Below, one piece after another: positions 45,112 through 54,498 of a DNA stretch of 64,000 nucleotides. Every line of letters starts with the position of its first letter. The stretch's first letter is position 1. The notes under the pieces are model-generated. The model was not told where the DNA came from. It ran no database searches and saw only the letters and a program-made list of their open reading frames with translations. The DNA lies in the NCBI GenBank assembly GCA_965221775.1, contig CBDCSU010000005.1, forward strand, positions 960,001-1,024,000. Reading direction: 5' to 3'. The DNA is from Candidatus Latescibacterota bacterium (GTDB lineage: Bacteria; Latescibacterota; UBA2968; UBA8231). Made by a program: the position numbers and the translations under genes.

Positions 45112-46916
45112 CGCCCGACCCGATTCTCCGGCGCCCGCCGGCGCCGCGGACCTTCCTCCGCTTCCTGGTGTGGATGGTCCGCACCGACCCCTGGCGCGCC
45201 GCCGCCTCGCTGGGGCTGCAGTTCACCGCCGGCCTGCTGCCGGCAGCGATGGTGTGGGTCGTGCGCGAACTCTTCGACCGCGGCCTCCACGTCTACGAGG
45301 GCCGGCTTCCCGTCGAGGCCATGCTCCCGTGGCTGGCCCTGTGGGCGGCGGCAACCCTGGCCGAGACCGGCATCCAGCAGTGGTCGAGGACGGTCCTGCT
45401 CGAACGGCTGAAGCAGGAGATGGAGGACCGGCTCCTGGAGCAGCTGCAGGCCAAGTCCCGGTCCCTCCGCCTGGAGGTCTTCGAGCGCGCCGACTTCCAC
45501 GATCTCCTGGGCCGCGCCCGCGAGGCCGCCACCCCCGGCTTCTTCCTCAACGTCCTCGGCGCCACCTACGCCATCATCACGGGAGCGCTGACCGTTGTCT
45601 CCGTGGCCGTCGTCGTGGGACTCTGGGACCCGCTCCTGCTCCTGGCCGTCGTTCTCGTCTCGCTGCCGCCGCCGCTGGCCGGCATGGTCCACAACCTGCA
45701 CCAGTTCTACCTGCATCGGGAGCAGACGCAGGCGCAGCGGCTTCGCGGCTACCTGGAGGGGACGCTCACCGGACGGGGCGCCGCCAAGGAGGTGCGGGTC
45801 TTCGGCCTGGGCCCGGCCCTGATCGGCTGGTGGGAGCACCTCTACTGGAGGGTGGCCGCGGCGGTCTACCGGCAGCGGCGCCGGCACGAGGCCGTGGGCG
45901 GGTCCCTTGCCGCCTTCAGCCTTGCGGCCCTGGGCGCCGCCGTCGGCTGGTCGGCCTGGGCGGTGCTGGAGGGCGGTCTGTCGGCCGGACAGTTCGCCGC
46001 CATGATCGTCGCCCTGCGCCAGGTGCGGCTCGGCGTCGCCCGGCTCGTCAACCGCATGAGCTTCCTGGCGGTGCGGCTGCTCAACATCGCCGACCTCTTC
46101 ATCTACCTGGACCTCGGTCCCGAGGAGCCCCGGGGAGGCAGCGACATCGGCCCCCTCGACAGGACGCCGATCGCCGCGCGGGGCCTCTCCTTCCAGTATC
46201 CCCAGGCCGAGCGCCCCGCCCTCGAGGAGATCACCTGCACCATCCGGCCCGGCGAGCGCGTCGCCCTGGTGGGCGCCAACGGCGCCGGCAAGACCACCCT
46301 CGTCAAGATCCTCCTGGGGCTGTTCCGGCCCACCGCGGGCGAACTGAGGTACGGCGGCCTCGAGGCGGATCAGGTGGACCGCGGCCAACTGCGGGACCAG
46401 TCGGCCGCCGTCTTTCAGGACTACACCCGCTTCGCCTTCAGCCTCGGCGAGAACATCGGCTTCGGCCGCAGCGAGAGGATGGGGGAGCGCCGCGAGATCG
46501 AGGAAGCCGCGCGCCAGGGCGGGGCCGACACCGTCGCCGGGGGCCTGCCCGAGGGCTACGACACCCTGCTCACGCGCGAGTTCGAAGGCGGCACGGAGCT
46601 GTCCGGCGGCCAGTGGCAGCGCGTCGCCATCTCCCGCGGGTTCATGCGCCGGGCGGACCTCGTCGTCCTCGACGAGCCGACCGCTTCCCTGGACCCGCAG
46701 GCCGAGGCCGACGTCTTCCGCCGCTTCCTGTCCATGTCCGGAGGCAGGACCACCATCGTCGTCTCCCATCGGCTGGGCTCGGCGCGCCTGTGCGACCGGG
46801 TCCTGGTGCTGAAGGAGGGCCGCCTGGTCGAGGACGGCACCCACGACGAGCTGGTCTCCCGGGGTGGGGAGTACGCGCGCATGTGGGATCTGCAGGCGGG
46901 GTGGTATGGCCGGTGA
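45099..46916 (+). CDS. ABC exporter, fused permease/ATPase, subunit 2
   Basis: GTG start with RBS GGAGGA; AKEVRVF, GANGAGKT, LSGGQWQ, VLDEPT, VSHRL. Confidence 0.9.
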   Translation: MVPVAPDPILRRPPAPRTFLRFLVWMVRTDPWRAAASLGLQFTAGLLPAAMVWVVRELFDRGLHVYEGRLPVEAMLPWLALWAAATLAETGIQQWSRTVLLERLKQEMEDRLLEQLQAKSRSLRLEVFERADFHDLLGRAREAATPGFFLNVLGATYAIITGALTVVSVAVVVGLWDPLLLLAVVLVSLPPPLAGMVHNLHQFYLHREQTQAQRLRGYLEGTLTGRGAAKEVRVFGLGPALIGWWEHLYWRVAAAVYRQRRRHEAVGGSLAAFSLAALGAAVGWSAWAVLEGGLSAGQFAAMIVALRQVRLGVARLVNRMSFLAVRLLNIADLFIYLDLGPEEPRGGSDIGPLDRTPIAARGLSFQYPQAERPALEEITCTIRPGERVALVGANGAGKTTLVKILLGLFRPTAGELRYGGLEADQVDRGQLRDQSAAVFQDYTRFAFSLGENIGFGRSERMGERREIEEAARQGGADTVAGGLPEGYDTLLTREFEGGTELSGGQWQRVAISRGFMRRADLVVLDEPTASLDPQAEADVFRRFLSMSGGRTTIVVSHRLGSARLCDRVLVLKEGRLVEDGTHDELVSRGGEYARMWDLQAGWYGR

Positions 46917-46941
46917 TCCCGGGGAATGCTGCAGGCACGAA

Positions 46942-46977
46942 TTGACAATGGAAATTTTGCCAAATTTGCCATTGCCA
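46942..46977. promoter_or_regulatory. AT-rich inverted repeat overlapping a TTGACA hexamer
   Basis: TTGACA at 46942; CAATGG-AAATTT tgcc AAATTT-GCCATTG inverted repeat (46946-46974); three TTGCCA copies. Confidence 0.4.
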
Positions 46978-47021
46978 GAATTACTCTCCGGCATGCCACG
47001 AGGGCGCATCTGGGCGAGGAC

Positions 47022-48688
47022 ATGAAAACAGGCGGGATCACCACGTCCCTGAAGCAACAGGTACACCGTCTCCTGACCGGGGCCGGCGGCGGCGACCTCC
47101 GCCGCCGAGCCGCGTGCTGCGGCATCCCCCTCCTGGTGATCGCGGCTTCCCTCGGCCTGGGGGTCTGGACCTTCGACTCCAAGCTCTCTCTGAGCGGCGA
47201 CAACGCCGCCTTCATCATCCAGGCCCGCAGTCTGGCCCAGGGACAGGGCCTGTCCCACATCAACTCCCCGGACCCACGGCCATCGACCCAGGTTCCCTTC
47301 GGCTTTCCCCTCCTCCTGGCTCCCCTGGCATGGGCCTTCCGGATGACTGGGTGCCCATGAAGCACCTGGTACTGGCCCTGTTCGCGCTGGGGATGGGCGT
47401 GCTCTACCAGCTGGCCAGGGAGCGGGTGGGCGTCGTGCCCTCCCTTGCGGTGGTGGCCTTGAGCGTGATGGCCGGCAAGAGCTATCTGACCCACGGGGAG
47501 GCCGGCGAGATCTTCGGCCCGACTCTACTCCACTACGCACACCAAGTCATGTCCGAGATCCCCTTTCTCACCTTTTCCCTCCTCGCCCTGTGGCTCGTTG
47601 ACCGGGGAGTCAAGCGGGACGGCATCAGGGACAACGGGTGGCTCCTGGGCGGTATGGCCTGCACCATCTGGGCCTACTACGTCCGTACGGCCGGGATTTC
47701 GCTGGCCGCGGCCCTGGCGGCCCATCTGATCCTCCGGCGCGATTACCGGCGCTGCCTCCTCTTCGTGGGCGCGGCACTCATCTGCTGGTTGCCGTGGACA
47801 CTGCGCAACCAGGCGGTTGGCGGCGGAGGCGTGTATCTCAAGCAGCTCTTCATGGTCAACCCCTACCGTCCGGATCGGGGCTGGCTCGACCTTCCCGGAT
47901 TCCTCGAGCGTTTCATCGGACATTCCGATCGCTATCTGAGGGCCTGGCCCGAGTTACTGATCCCTTCCTTCGGGGGCACGGATACCATCCTCCATCCCGC
48001 GCCCCTGCTGCTGATCGTGCTGGCCGTCGCCGCCACGGTGCTCTGCATCCGGCGAGGCGAGCACCTGCTGCTTCTGTATGCGGCCTTCTACATGGGCATG
48101 GTGTTGGTGTGGCCCTGGCTGGGGGAACGCTTCCTGGTGCCCATCCTTCCCGTGGTTGTCCTGCTGGGGATCTGGACGGTGCTGCAGGTTCGCGACCGGC
48201 TGGCGTTGATGGGCAGGGCGGCCCACCATGCGAGCCGGCTCGCGGTATGGGGATGTCTGGCAGCCTGGCTCATCGCCCATGCAGGCGGCGTCATCCGGCT
48301 GGCCGACTACGCCGCCGGCGACTACCCGCCCAACTGGCAAGGCTACTACGAGGCCGGGGAATGGCTCGAGAGCAACACCCCGGAAGATTCCATCGTTCTT
48401 TGCCGGAAAGGCTTCTGGATGCACGTCGTCTCCGGACGGCGAACCACCGGGTTCCCCTTCGACGAGCCGGCAGCGGTACTCGCCCATATGGAGCGCGAGG
48501 GGGTGGACTACGTCGTCGTGGAGAGCCTGGGTTTCAGGCAGACCCACGCCTACCTTGGTCCGGCGATCCTCGAGTACGCGGACCGCTTTCAGGTGGTGTG
48601 GTACGATCATGCCGTTCCGACGACGCACGGCCTCGTCGAGACCGATGGGTTCGCCGTGGTGCTGCGCTTTCTCCCACCCACCCCATGA
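47022..48688 (+). pseudogene. GT-C (ArnT/PMT-like) glycosyltransferase, copy 1, with a 1-nt frameshift
   Basis: Split over ORFs 46926-47360 and 47114-48688. Reads gccttccggatgac at ~47339 where the intact paralog has gccttcccggatgac. May be a sequencing error. Confidence 0.8.
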
Positions 48689-48698
48689 GACTTCTCTC

Positions 48699-48779
48699 AT
48701 GATGCTGGAGCAGGACATGCGCCACCTCCTGGCCGTATCGGCCGACGGCGACCTCCTCCGCCGGGCCGTGGACCGATGA
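48699..48779 (+). pseudogene. Truncated copy of the K+ channel gene 5' end
   Basis: MMLEQDMRHLLAVSADGDLLRRAVDR* versus channel MPLKQHVHHLLAVSADGDLRSRAVD. Confidence 0.8.
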
Positions 48780-50413
48780 AGTCCCGGAGGAAGAGATCAG
48801 GCGAGACCCCCCGCCGGGAGCCCAAGCCGGATACCTCCCGGACGCCTCATTGGTGGGAGACGTCAAGGGCGCGCTACGGCATCCCCCTCTTCGTGATCGC
48901 GGCTTCCCTCGGCCTGGGGGTCTGGACCTTCGACTCCAAGCTCTCCCTGAGCGGCGACAACGCCGAGTACATCGTCCTCGCCCGCAGCCTCGCCCAGGGA
49001 GAAGGCCTTACCTACCTCCACTCCCCGGAGCCGGGACCCGCGACCAAGTTCCCCTTCGGCTTCCCCCTGCTGCTGGCCCCCCTGGCATGGGCCTTCCCGG
49101 ATGACTGGGTGCCCATGAAGGCCCTCGTGCTGGCCTTGTTCGCACTGGGGATGGGCGTGCTCTACCAGTTGGCCAGGGAGCGGGTGGGCGTCTGGCCCGG
49201 CCTGGCGGTGGTGGCCCTGAGCCTGCTGGCGGGCAAGAGCTACCTGACCGAAGGGGCGGCCGGCGAGACACACGGCCCGACTCTGCTCCACTACGCGCAC
49301 CAAGTCATGTCCGAAGTCCCCTACCTGACCTTTTCTCTCCTCGCCCTCTGGCTCGTCGACCTGGGAGTCGGGCGCGAGGGCCTCAGGGGGAACTGGCGGT
49401 TCCTGGGCGGCATGGCCTGCGCCATCTGGGCCTGCTGCATCCGCACCTCCGCGATCGCCCTGGTGGCGGCCGTGGCCGCCCATCTTCTCCTCCGGCGAGA
49501 CTTCCGGCGCTGTCTCGTCTTCGTGGGTGCGACCTGCCTGTGCCTCTTGCCCTGGACACTGCGCAACCAGGCGGTGGGCGGCGGAGGCGTCTATCTCAAG
49601 CAGCTCTTCATGGTCAACCCCTACTATCCGGAGCAGGGCTGGCTCGACCTGCCCGGCTTCCTCGAGCGCTTCATCGGACATTCCGATCGCTACCTGAGGG
49701 GATGGGCTGAAACCCTCGTGCCCTCCCTCAGTGGTACGGATACCATCCTCCACCCCGCACCCCTGTTGCTGCTGGTGCTGGCCACCGCCGCCACGGTGCT
49801 CTGCCTCCGGCGGGGCGAGCAGCTGCTCCTGCTCTACGCGGCCTTCTCCATGGGCATGTTGCTGCTGTGGTTCTGGCCAAGTGACCGCTTCCTGGTGCCC
49901 ATCCTTCCGGTAGTCCTCCTGCTGGGCGTCTGGACGGTCGTGCAGATCCAGGACCGGCTGGCGGCGTACGGCAGGGCTGAACGGTATGCAGCTCGACTCG
50001 TCGTATGGGGATGTCTGGTGGCGTGGTTCATCGCCCACGCGGGTGGCGCGAAACGCCTGGCCGACTACGCGGACGGAGACTACCCGCCGAACTGGCAGCG
50101 CTACTACGATGCCGGAAAATGGCTCGAGGCCAACGCCCCGGTAGAAGCCGTCGTTCTGTGCCGGAAGGGCTTCTGGATGCACGTCGTCTCCGGACGGCGA
50201 ACCACCGGGTTCCCCTACGACGAGCCGGCGGCGGTGCTCGCCCACATGGAGCGCGCGGGGGTGGACTACGTCGTCGTGGAGAGCCTGGGTTTCAGGCAGA
50301 CCGCCGACTACCTTGGTCCGGCCATCGGCGAGTACGCGGACCGCTTCCGGGTGGCGTGGTACGACCACGCCGAAGCGACGTATGTGCTGCAGTTCCTTCC
50401 ACCCACCCCATGA
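48776..50413 (+). CDS. GT-C (ArnT/PMT-like) glycosyltransferase, copy 2, intact
   Basis: SGDNAEYIVLARSLA, FPFGFPLLLA, VMSEVPY, RFLVPILP; many TM helices and a C-terminal soluble domain. Confidence 0.8.
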   Translation: MKSRRKRSGETPRREPKPDTSRTPHWWETSRARYGIPLFVIAASLGLGVWTFDSKLSLSGDNAEYIVLARSLAQGEGLTYLHSPEPGPATKFPFGFPLLLAPLAWAFPDDWVPMKALVLALFALGMGVLYQLARERVGVWPGLAVVALSLLAGKSYLTEGAAGETHGPTLLHYAHQVMSEVPYLTFSLLALWLVDLGVGREGLRGNWRFLGGMACAIWACCIRTSAIALVAAVAAHLLLRRDFRRCLVFVGATCLCLLPWTLRNQAVGGGGVYLKQLFMVNPYYPEQGWLDLPGFLERFIGHSDRYLRGWAETLVPSLSGTDTILHPAPLLLLVLATAATVLCLRRGEQLLLLYAAFSMGMLLLWFWPSDRFLVPILPVVLLLGVWTVVQIQDRLAAYGRAERYAARLVVWGCLVAWFIAHAGGAKRLADYADGDYPPNWQRYYDAGKWLEANAPVEAVVLCRKGFWMHVVSGRRTTGFPYDEPAAVLAHMERAGVDYVVVESLGFRQTADYLGPAIGEYADRFRVAWYDHAEATYVLQFLPPTP

Positions 50414-50420
50414 GGAACCC

Positions 50421-51215
50421 ATGCCGCTGAAGCAACATGTGCATCATCTCCTGGCCGTATCGGCCGACGGCGATCTCCGCAGCCGGGCCGTGGACCTCGG
50501 CATCCTGGGGTTGATCTTCCTCAACGTCGTGGCCCTCACCCTGGAGACGGTGGCCCCCATCCATGCCATGCACCCGGCCGCCTTCACCTGGTTCGAACGC
50601 ATCTCCCTGATCATCTTCACCATCGAGTACGGGCTGCGCCTGTGGTCGTGCACGGCGGATGCCAGGTTCCGCGGTCCCGTGCTCGGCCGGCTGCGGTTCG
50701 TCTTCACGCCCCTGGCCATCATCGACCTGCTGGCGATCCTGCCCCTCTTCCTGCCCCTCGTCGGGCTCGACCTGCGCTTCATGCGCATCGTGCGGCTGCT
50801 GCGGTTCTTCCGGCTGGCCAAGCTCTTCCGCTACTCTCGCGCGCTGAGGCTGCTCGGACGCGTCGTGCTGGGCAAGCGGGAGGAGCTGGCCAGCATCTTC
50901 ATCGTGCTCATCACCCTTCTGGTGATCGCGGCGTCGCTCATGTACTTCGTCGAGCACGACGACCAGCCGGAGAAGTTCTCCAGCATCCCGCAGACGATGT
51001 GGTGGGGGGTGATCACCCTGACCACCGTCGGCTACGGCGACTACTACCCGGTGACGGGGGCGGGCAAGTTCATCGCCGCCTGCATCGCCGTGCTCGGCAT
51101 CGGCATGTTCGCCCTGCCCGCGGGCCTGCTGGGGGCCGGCTTCGTCGACGAACTGCAGGGCCGCGACGGCGGCGAGCGGCACTGCCCCAACTGCGGGCAC
51201 AAGCTGGAGGACTAG
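50421..51215 (+). CDS. Voltage-gated potassium channel (6TM ion transporter)
   Basis: S4 LRFMRIVRLLRFFRLAK, selectivity filter TTVGYGD, C-terminal CPNC. Confidence 0.93.
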   Translation: MPLKQHVHHLLAVSADGDLRSRAVDLGILGLIFLNVVALTLETVAPIHAMHPAAFTWFERISLIIFTIEYGLRLWSCTADARFRGPVLGRLRFVFTPLAIIDLLAILPLFLPLVGLDLRFMRIVRLLRFFRLAKLFRYSRALRLLGRVVLGKREELASIFIVLITLLVIAASLMYFVEHDDQPEKFSSIPQTMWWGVITLTTVGYGDYYPVTGAGKFIAACIAVLGIGMFALPAGLLGAGFVDELQGRDGGERHCPNCGHKLED

Positions 51216-51225
51216 GGAGCCGGGT

Positions 51226-51702
51226 TCACCCGGAGCTTGTCGACGACTGCTGCTCCTGCAGGAACTGCAAGATCTCCGCGCGGACGGAACTCCAGGTCTG
51301 CGGCATCTCTGCCACCAACCAGGCCATGGGATCCCAGACGATGGAATTGACCGACGAATGACGGGAACGATGGCGGAAAGCAAGGTAGTCGCGCAGACGT
51401 TGCCTGGACTTCTCCGAGATCAGGGCCGGGCGTTTCTCGGTCTGGCCAGCGACCTGGTAGAGCAACTCCGTGTGCCAGCGACCACCCTCTGGCAGAGTTG
51501 GGTCATACGCCTTGACGATGTCCTCAAAAATCCGCTCAAGGCTGTTGTAGAACGAGTCCAGAACCGTCGTCAGGGCTGCCAGGCGCTCGAAGGATGGCTC
51601 CGAATCGACCGGGGTCTCCAGCAATGAAGAGGACCTGTGGAGCAACGCATCGATGTCTTGGAGCTGGCGGCCGATGAGCCGGCCGAGAGGGTCATCCGAC
51701 AT
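51226..51702 (-). CDS. HEPN/HepT-like ribonuclease toxin
   Basis: SFYNSLERIF, WHTELL, YLAFRHRSRH (Rx4H); overlaps the MNT gene. Confidence 0.8.
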   Translation of the reverse strand: MSDDPLGRLIGRQLQDIDALLHRSSSLLETPVDSEPSFERLAALTTVLDSFYNSLERIFEDIVKAYDPTLPEGGRWHTELLYQVAGQTEKRPALISEKSRQRLRDYLAFRHRSRHSSVNSIVWDPMAWLVAEMPQTWSSVRAEILQFLQEQQSSTSSG

Positions 51703-51988
51703 GGACGAGTTGATCTTCCCGATCCAGGAACTCGGCAACTCGGAGCTCAAGGTCCAGGTCGACCAGATCCACCGGATGGGTGAGTTCATCCATCAGCCGC
51801 CCCAGCAGGCGATAGAAGTGCCTGGGCGGGCAGCCGCGCACTCCTATGTCGAGATCGGATCGCGACCGGAAGCTGCCGGAGGCCACCGAGCCAAAGACGA
51901 ACACATCCCCGCATCCCTCCTCCTTGCAGATCTCGACCGCGCGGGCTACATCGGCGCGGTACTCGTCGGGAATCGCTTTCGCCGGCAA
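51692..51988 (-). CDS. Minimal nucleotidyltransferase (MNT) antitoxin
   Basis: FGS-X10-DLD (GSVASGSFRSRSDLD), VDLVDL; 98 aa. Confidence 0.85.
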   Translation of the reverse strand: MPAKAIPDEYRADVARAVEICKEEGCGDVFVFGSVASGSFRSRSDLDIGVRGCPPRHFYRLLGRLMDELTHPVDLVDLDLELRVAEFLDREDQLVHVG

Positions 51989-52048
51989 CTGCCACCTCGC
52001 TTTCCTGGGGTACGCCGTCGCTCCGGGCTAGAATAGAAACCAACACCC

Positions 52049-53107
52049 ATGTACAACAACCTCCTCCGACTCTCCGCCGCGGCCCTGGCTCTCCTGGCCG
52101 CCGCCTGCGGCGACACGCCCACCGAGCCGACGGCCCCGGCGCCGGCGGGGCCGCCTCCCTCTTTCACCGCCCTCCGCGTCGAGGAGAACCGCATCGTCGA
52201 CGCCGATGGCGCCGACGTGGTCCTGCGGGGGGTGGCCGTCGTCGACCCGCTGGTGGGCCGGGGATACCGCCACTCCACCCGGCTCGGCGAGCAGGAGCTG
52301 GAGACCCTGGCGCGCGAGTGGAGGGCCGGCATCGTGCGCGTGCCCATGCATCCGGACCTGATGTCCAACCACCCGGACTATCTGCGGGAGTTCGTCGACC
52401 CCTTGGTCAACTGGGCCGGGGAGCAGCGGCTCTACCTGCTGCTGGGCTACCACGCCCACGGCAACCCGCTCACCGGCGCGGTGGAGGAGACCCCCTGGGG
52501 CTTCGATCCCCCCTGGCGGGGGAACCCCTACAACCCCGACCTCGAGCTGGCCCTCGCCTCCCTGACCGAGATCGCCGCCCGCTACCGGGACAGGCCCTGG
52601 GTGCTCTACAGCGTCTTCAACGAGCCGGCCTTCATCTCCTGGAGCGAGTGGCGGCCGGTGGCCGAGCGCCTCGTCGACGCGGTGCGGGACGAGCACCCCG
52701 GCGCCCTGGTCCTGGTCTCGGGGGTCAACTGGGCCAGCGAGCTGGACGGCGCCCTCGCCGACCCGGTGCGCCGGGAGGGCATCGTTTACGAGATCCACCC
52801 CTATCCCTGGGTGGGCGAGTCCTGGAAGCGGGTGGTCACCGAGCTGTCCATGACCCACCCGGTCTTCCTCGGCGAGTGGGGCTTCGGCGACGAGCACCCG
52901 GCGAGCGAGCGCAACTACGGCGAGGCCCTGGTGGGCTACTGCGAGGAGATGGGCCTCGGCTGGACCGCCTGGATCTGGGACCACTCCTGGACGCCGAGCA
53001 TGTTCACCTCGCGCAGCCGCTCGCGGCTGACGCCCTTCGGCGCCCTGGTGAGGCGGTCCCTGGCGCCCGCCAGGCCGCTGTCACTCCTCGTCCTCGGAGA
53101 CGGGTAG
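52049..53107 (+). CDS. Glycoside hydrolase family 5 (cellulase-like) lipoprotein
   Basis: Lipobox LAAAC, VRVP, FNEP (acid/base), HPY, GEWG (nucleophile), WTAWIW. Confidence 0.88.
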   Translation: MYNNLLRLSAAALALLAAACGDTPTEPTAPAPAGPPPSFTALRVEENRIVDADGADVVLRGVAVVDPLVGRGYRHSTRLGEQELETLAREWRAGIVRVPMHPDLMSNHPDYLREFVDPLVNWAGEQRLYLLLGYHAHGNPLTGAVEETPWGFDPPWRGNPYNPDLELALASLTEIAARYRDRPWVLYSVFNEPAFISWSEWRPVAERLVDAVRDEHPGALVLVSGVNWASELDGALADPVRREGIVYEIHPYPWVGESWKRVVTELSMTHPVFLGEWGFGDEHPASERNYGEALVGYCEEMGLGWTAWIWDHSWTPSMFTSRSRSRLTPFGALVRRSLAPARPLSLLVLGDG

Positions 53108-53635
53108 CCGCCTCAGGACGAAGGTCGCGCCCTCGAAGAGATCCCCCGGGGGCGCCGACGCCAGAAACGAGAGCAGGCTGTCGGTGGAGCTGGCCACCAC
53201 CACGTCCGTATCCTCCTCCTTCCGGCGGACCTCCCCGCGCAGCCGCCCCTCGCCGACGGCGCGGGCAAAGGCGTCGGTGGCCTCGCCGTGGACGACGACA
53301 TCGCCGTTCTCCGCGAAGTCGTAGGCGAGCAGGTCGTACTCCTCCTCCCCTTCCTCGCGGAGGCTCACGTAGCGGCCCTCTCCGGCCCGGGCGACGATGA
53401 ACTCGCAGCGCCGGAGGCGGAACTCGCCGCCGTGCCAGTCGATGGCGGCCAGCCTCCCCACGCCGTCGTCGCCGAACCTCAGGTGGACGATCTCGTCCTC
53501 CACGAGCCACATCCCCTCCAGCCGCTCCTTGTCCAGGGCCTCGGGATCGGCGCTCACCGGGTGCTCCGTCTTCACCGAGGAGCAGCCGGCGGCGAATACC
53601 GCCAGAATCGCCAGCCACCGCGCGTGCGTGCTCAT
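53081..53635 (-). CDS. Putative lipoprotein of unknown function
   Basis: MSTHARWLAILAVFAAGC lipobox, D.ERLEGMW; strong RBS; 27-nt convergent overlap with GH5. Confidence 0.65.
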   Translation of the reverse strand: MSTHARWLAILAVFAAGCSSVKTEHPVSADPEALDKERLEGMWLVEDEIVHLRFGDDGVGRLAAIDWHGGEFRLRRCEFIVARAGEGRYVSLREEGEEEYDLLAYDFAENGDVVVHGEATDAFARAVGEGRLRGEVRRKEEDTDVVVASSTDSLLSFLASAPPGDLFEGATFVLRRLPVSEDEE

Positions 53636-53712
53636 GTCACCCCCTCCTCTTTTTTCCATATTCCCCTGCCTGTCCTGTCATCTTGGACGCCTCAATCCCG
53701 CGGGGGGATTCC

Positions 53713-54498
53713 GTGAGCTGGGAGACCGAGACGACCGTCACCGACGAGCAGGTCCGCTTCTACCGGGACAGGGGCTACCTGACCTTCGGCCGGATCTTCA
53801 CCGAGGCGGAGCTGGCCGACCTGGGCGGCTACGTGGACGGCCTGATCGCCGCCCTGCCTCCGGACCGGCGCCCCGAGTCCCTCGACGTGCCCCACTTCGC
53901 GCATCCCTACCTCTTCCGCTACCTCGCACACCGGCGGGTGCTCGACGTGATCGAGCGCTTCGTCGGCCCCGACATCGTCCTCTGGTCCAGCCACTTCATC
54001 AGCAAGCGCGAGGACGACGGCCTCGCCGTGCCCTGGCACCAGGACGGCGTCTACTGGGGGGACCGGCTCGACCCCATGGAGGTGATCACCATGTGGCTGG
54101 CCGTCGACGAGTCCCGCGCCGACAACGGCTGCATGCGGGTCGTGTCCGGCAGCCACCGCCGGCGCGGGCTGCGCTACGAGGCGATCCAGAAGGAGGGCTA
54201 CCTCTTCGGCCGCGAGGTGGAGGCCGGCGAGATCGACGAAGCCGACATCGTCGACCTGGAGCTGGCCGCCGGCGAGTGCCACTTCCACGACGCCTTCACC
54301 CTCCACGCCTCCAACGCCAACCGCTCGGACCGCCGGCGGTGCGGGTACACCATGCGCTACTGCCCCGCCCACGTGCGCCACGCCGACAACGACGACCGCC
54401 CCGGGCGCCACCAGATCTACCTGGTGCGCGGCCATGACCGCACCGGCGGCCACAACCTCTACACACCGGTACCCGCCATCGAACAGAGGACCACATGA
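53713..54498 (+). CDS. PhyH family dioxygenase
   Basis: YRDRGY, FISK, PWHQD, WLAVD, NGCMRVVSGSH, FHDAFTLHAS.N.S..RR. Confidence 0.9.
   Translation: MSWETETTVTDEQVRFYRDRGYLTFGRIFTEAELADLGGYVDGLIAALPPDRRPESLDVPHFAHPYLFRYLAHRRVLDVIERFVGPDIVLWSSHFISKREDDGLAVPWHQDGVYWGDRLDPMEVITMWLAVDESRADNGCMRVVSGSHRRRGLRYEAIQKEGYLFGREVEAGEIDEADIVDLELAAGECHFHDAFTLHASNANRSDRRRCGYTMRYCPAHVRHADNDDRPGRHQIYLVRGHDRTGGHNLYTPVPAIEQRTT

Noticed and set aside
43210-46916. ABC exporter pair as a sign of a RiPP/lantibiotic cluster
   Set aside because: No precursor peptide, modification enzyme or peptidase domain is adjacent.
53081-53107. 27-nt convergent overlap between GH5 and a lipoprotein gene
   Set aside because: Short 3' overlaps are common in high-GC genomes; no evidence of function.
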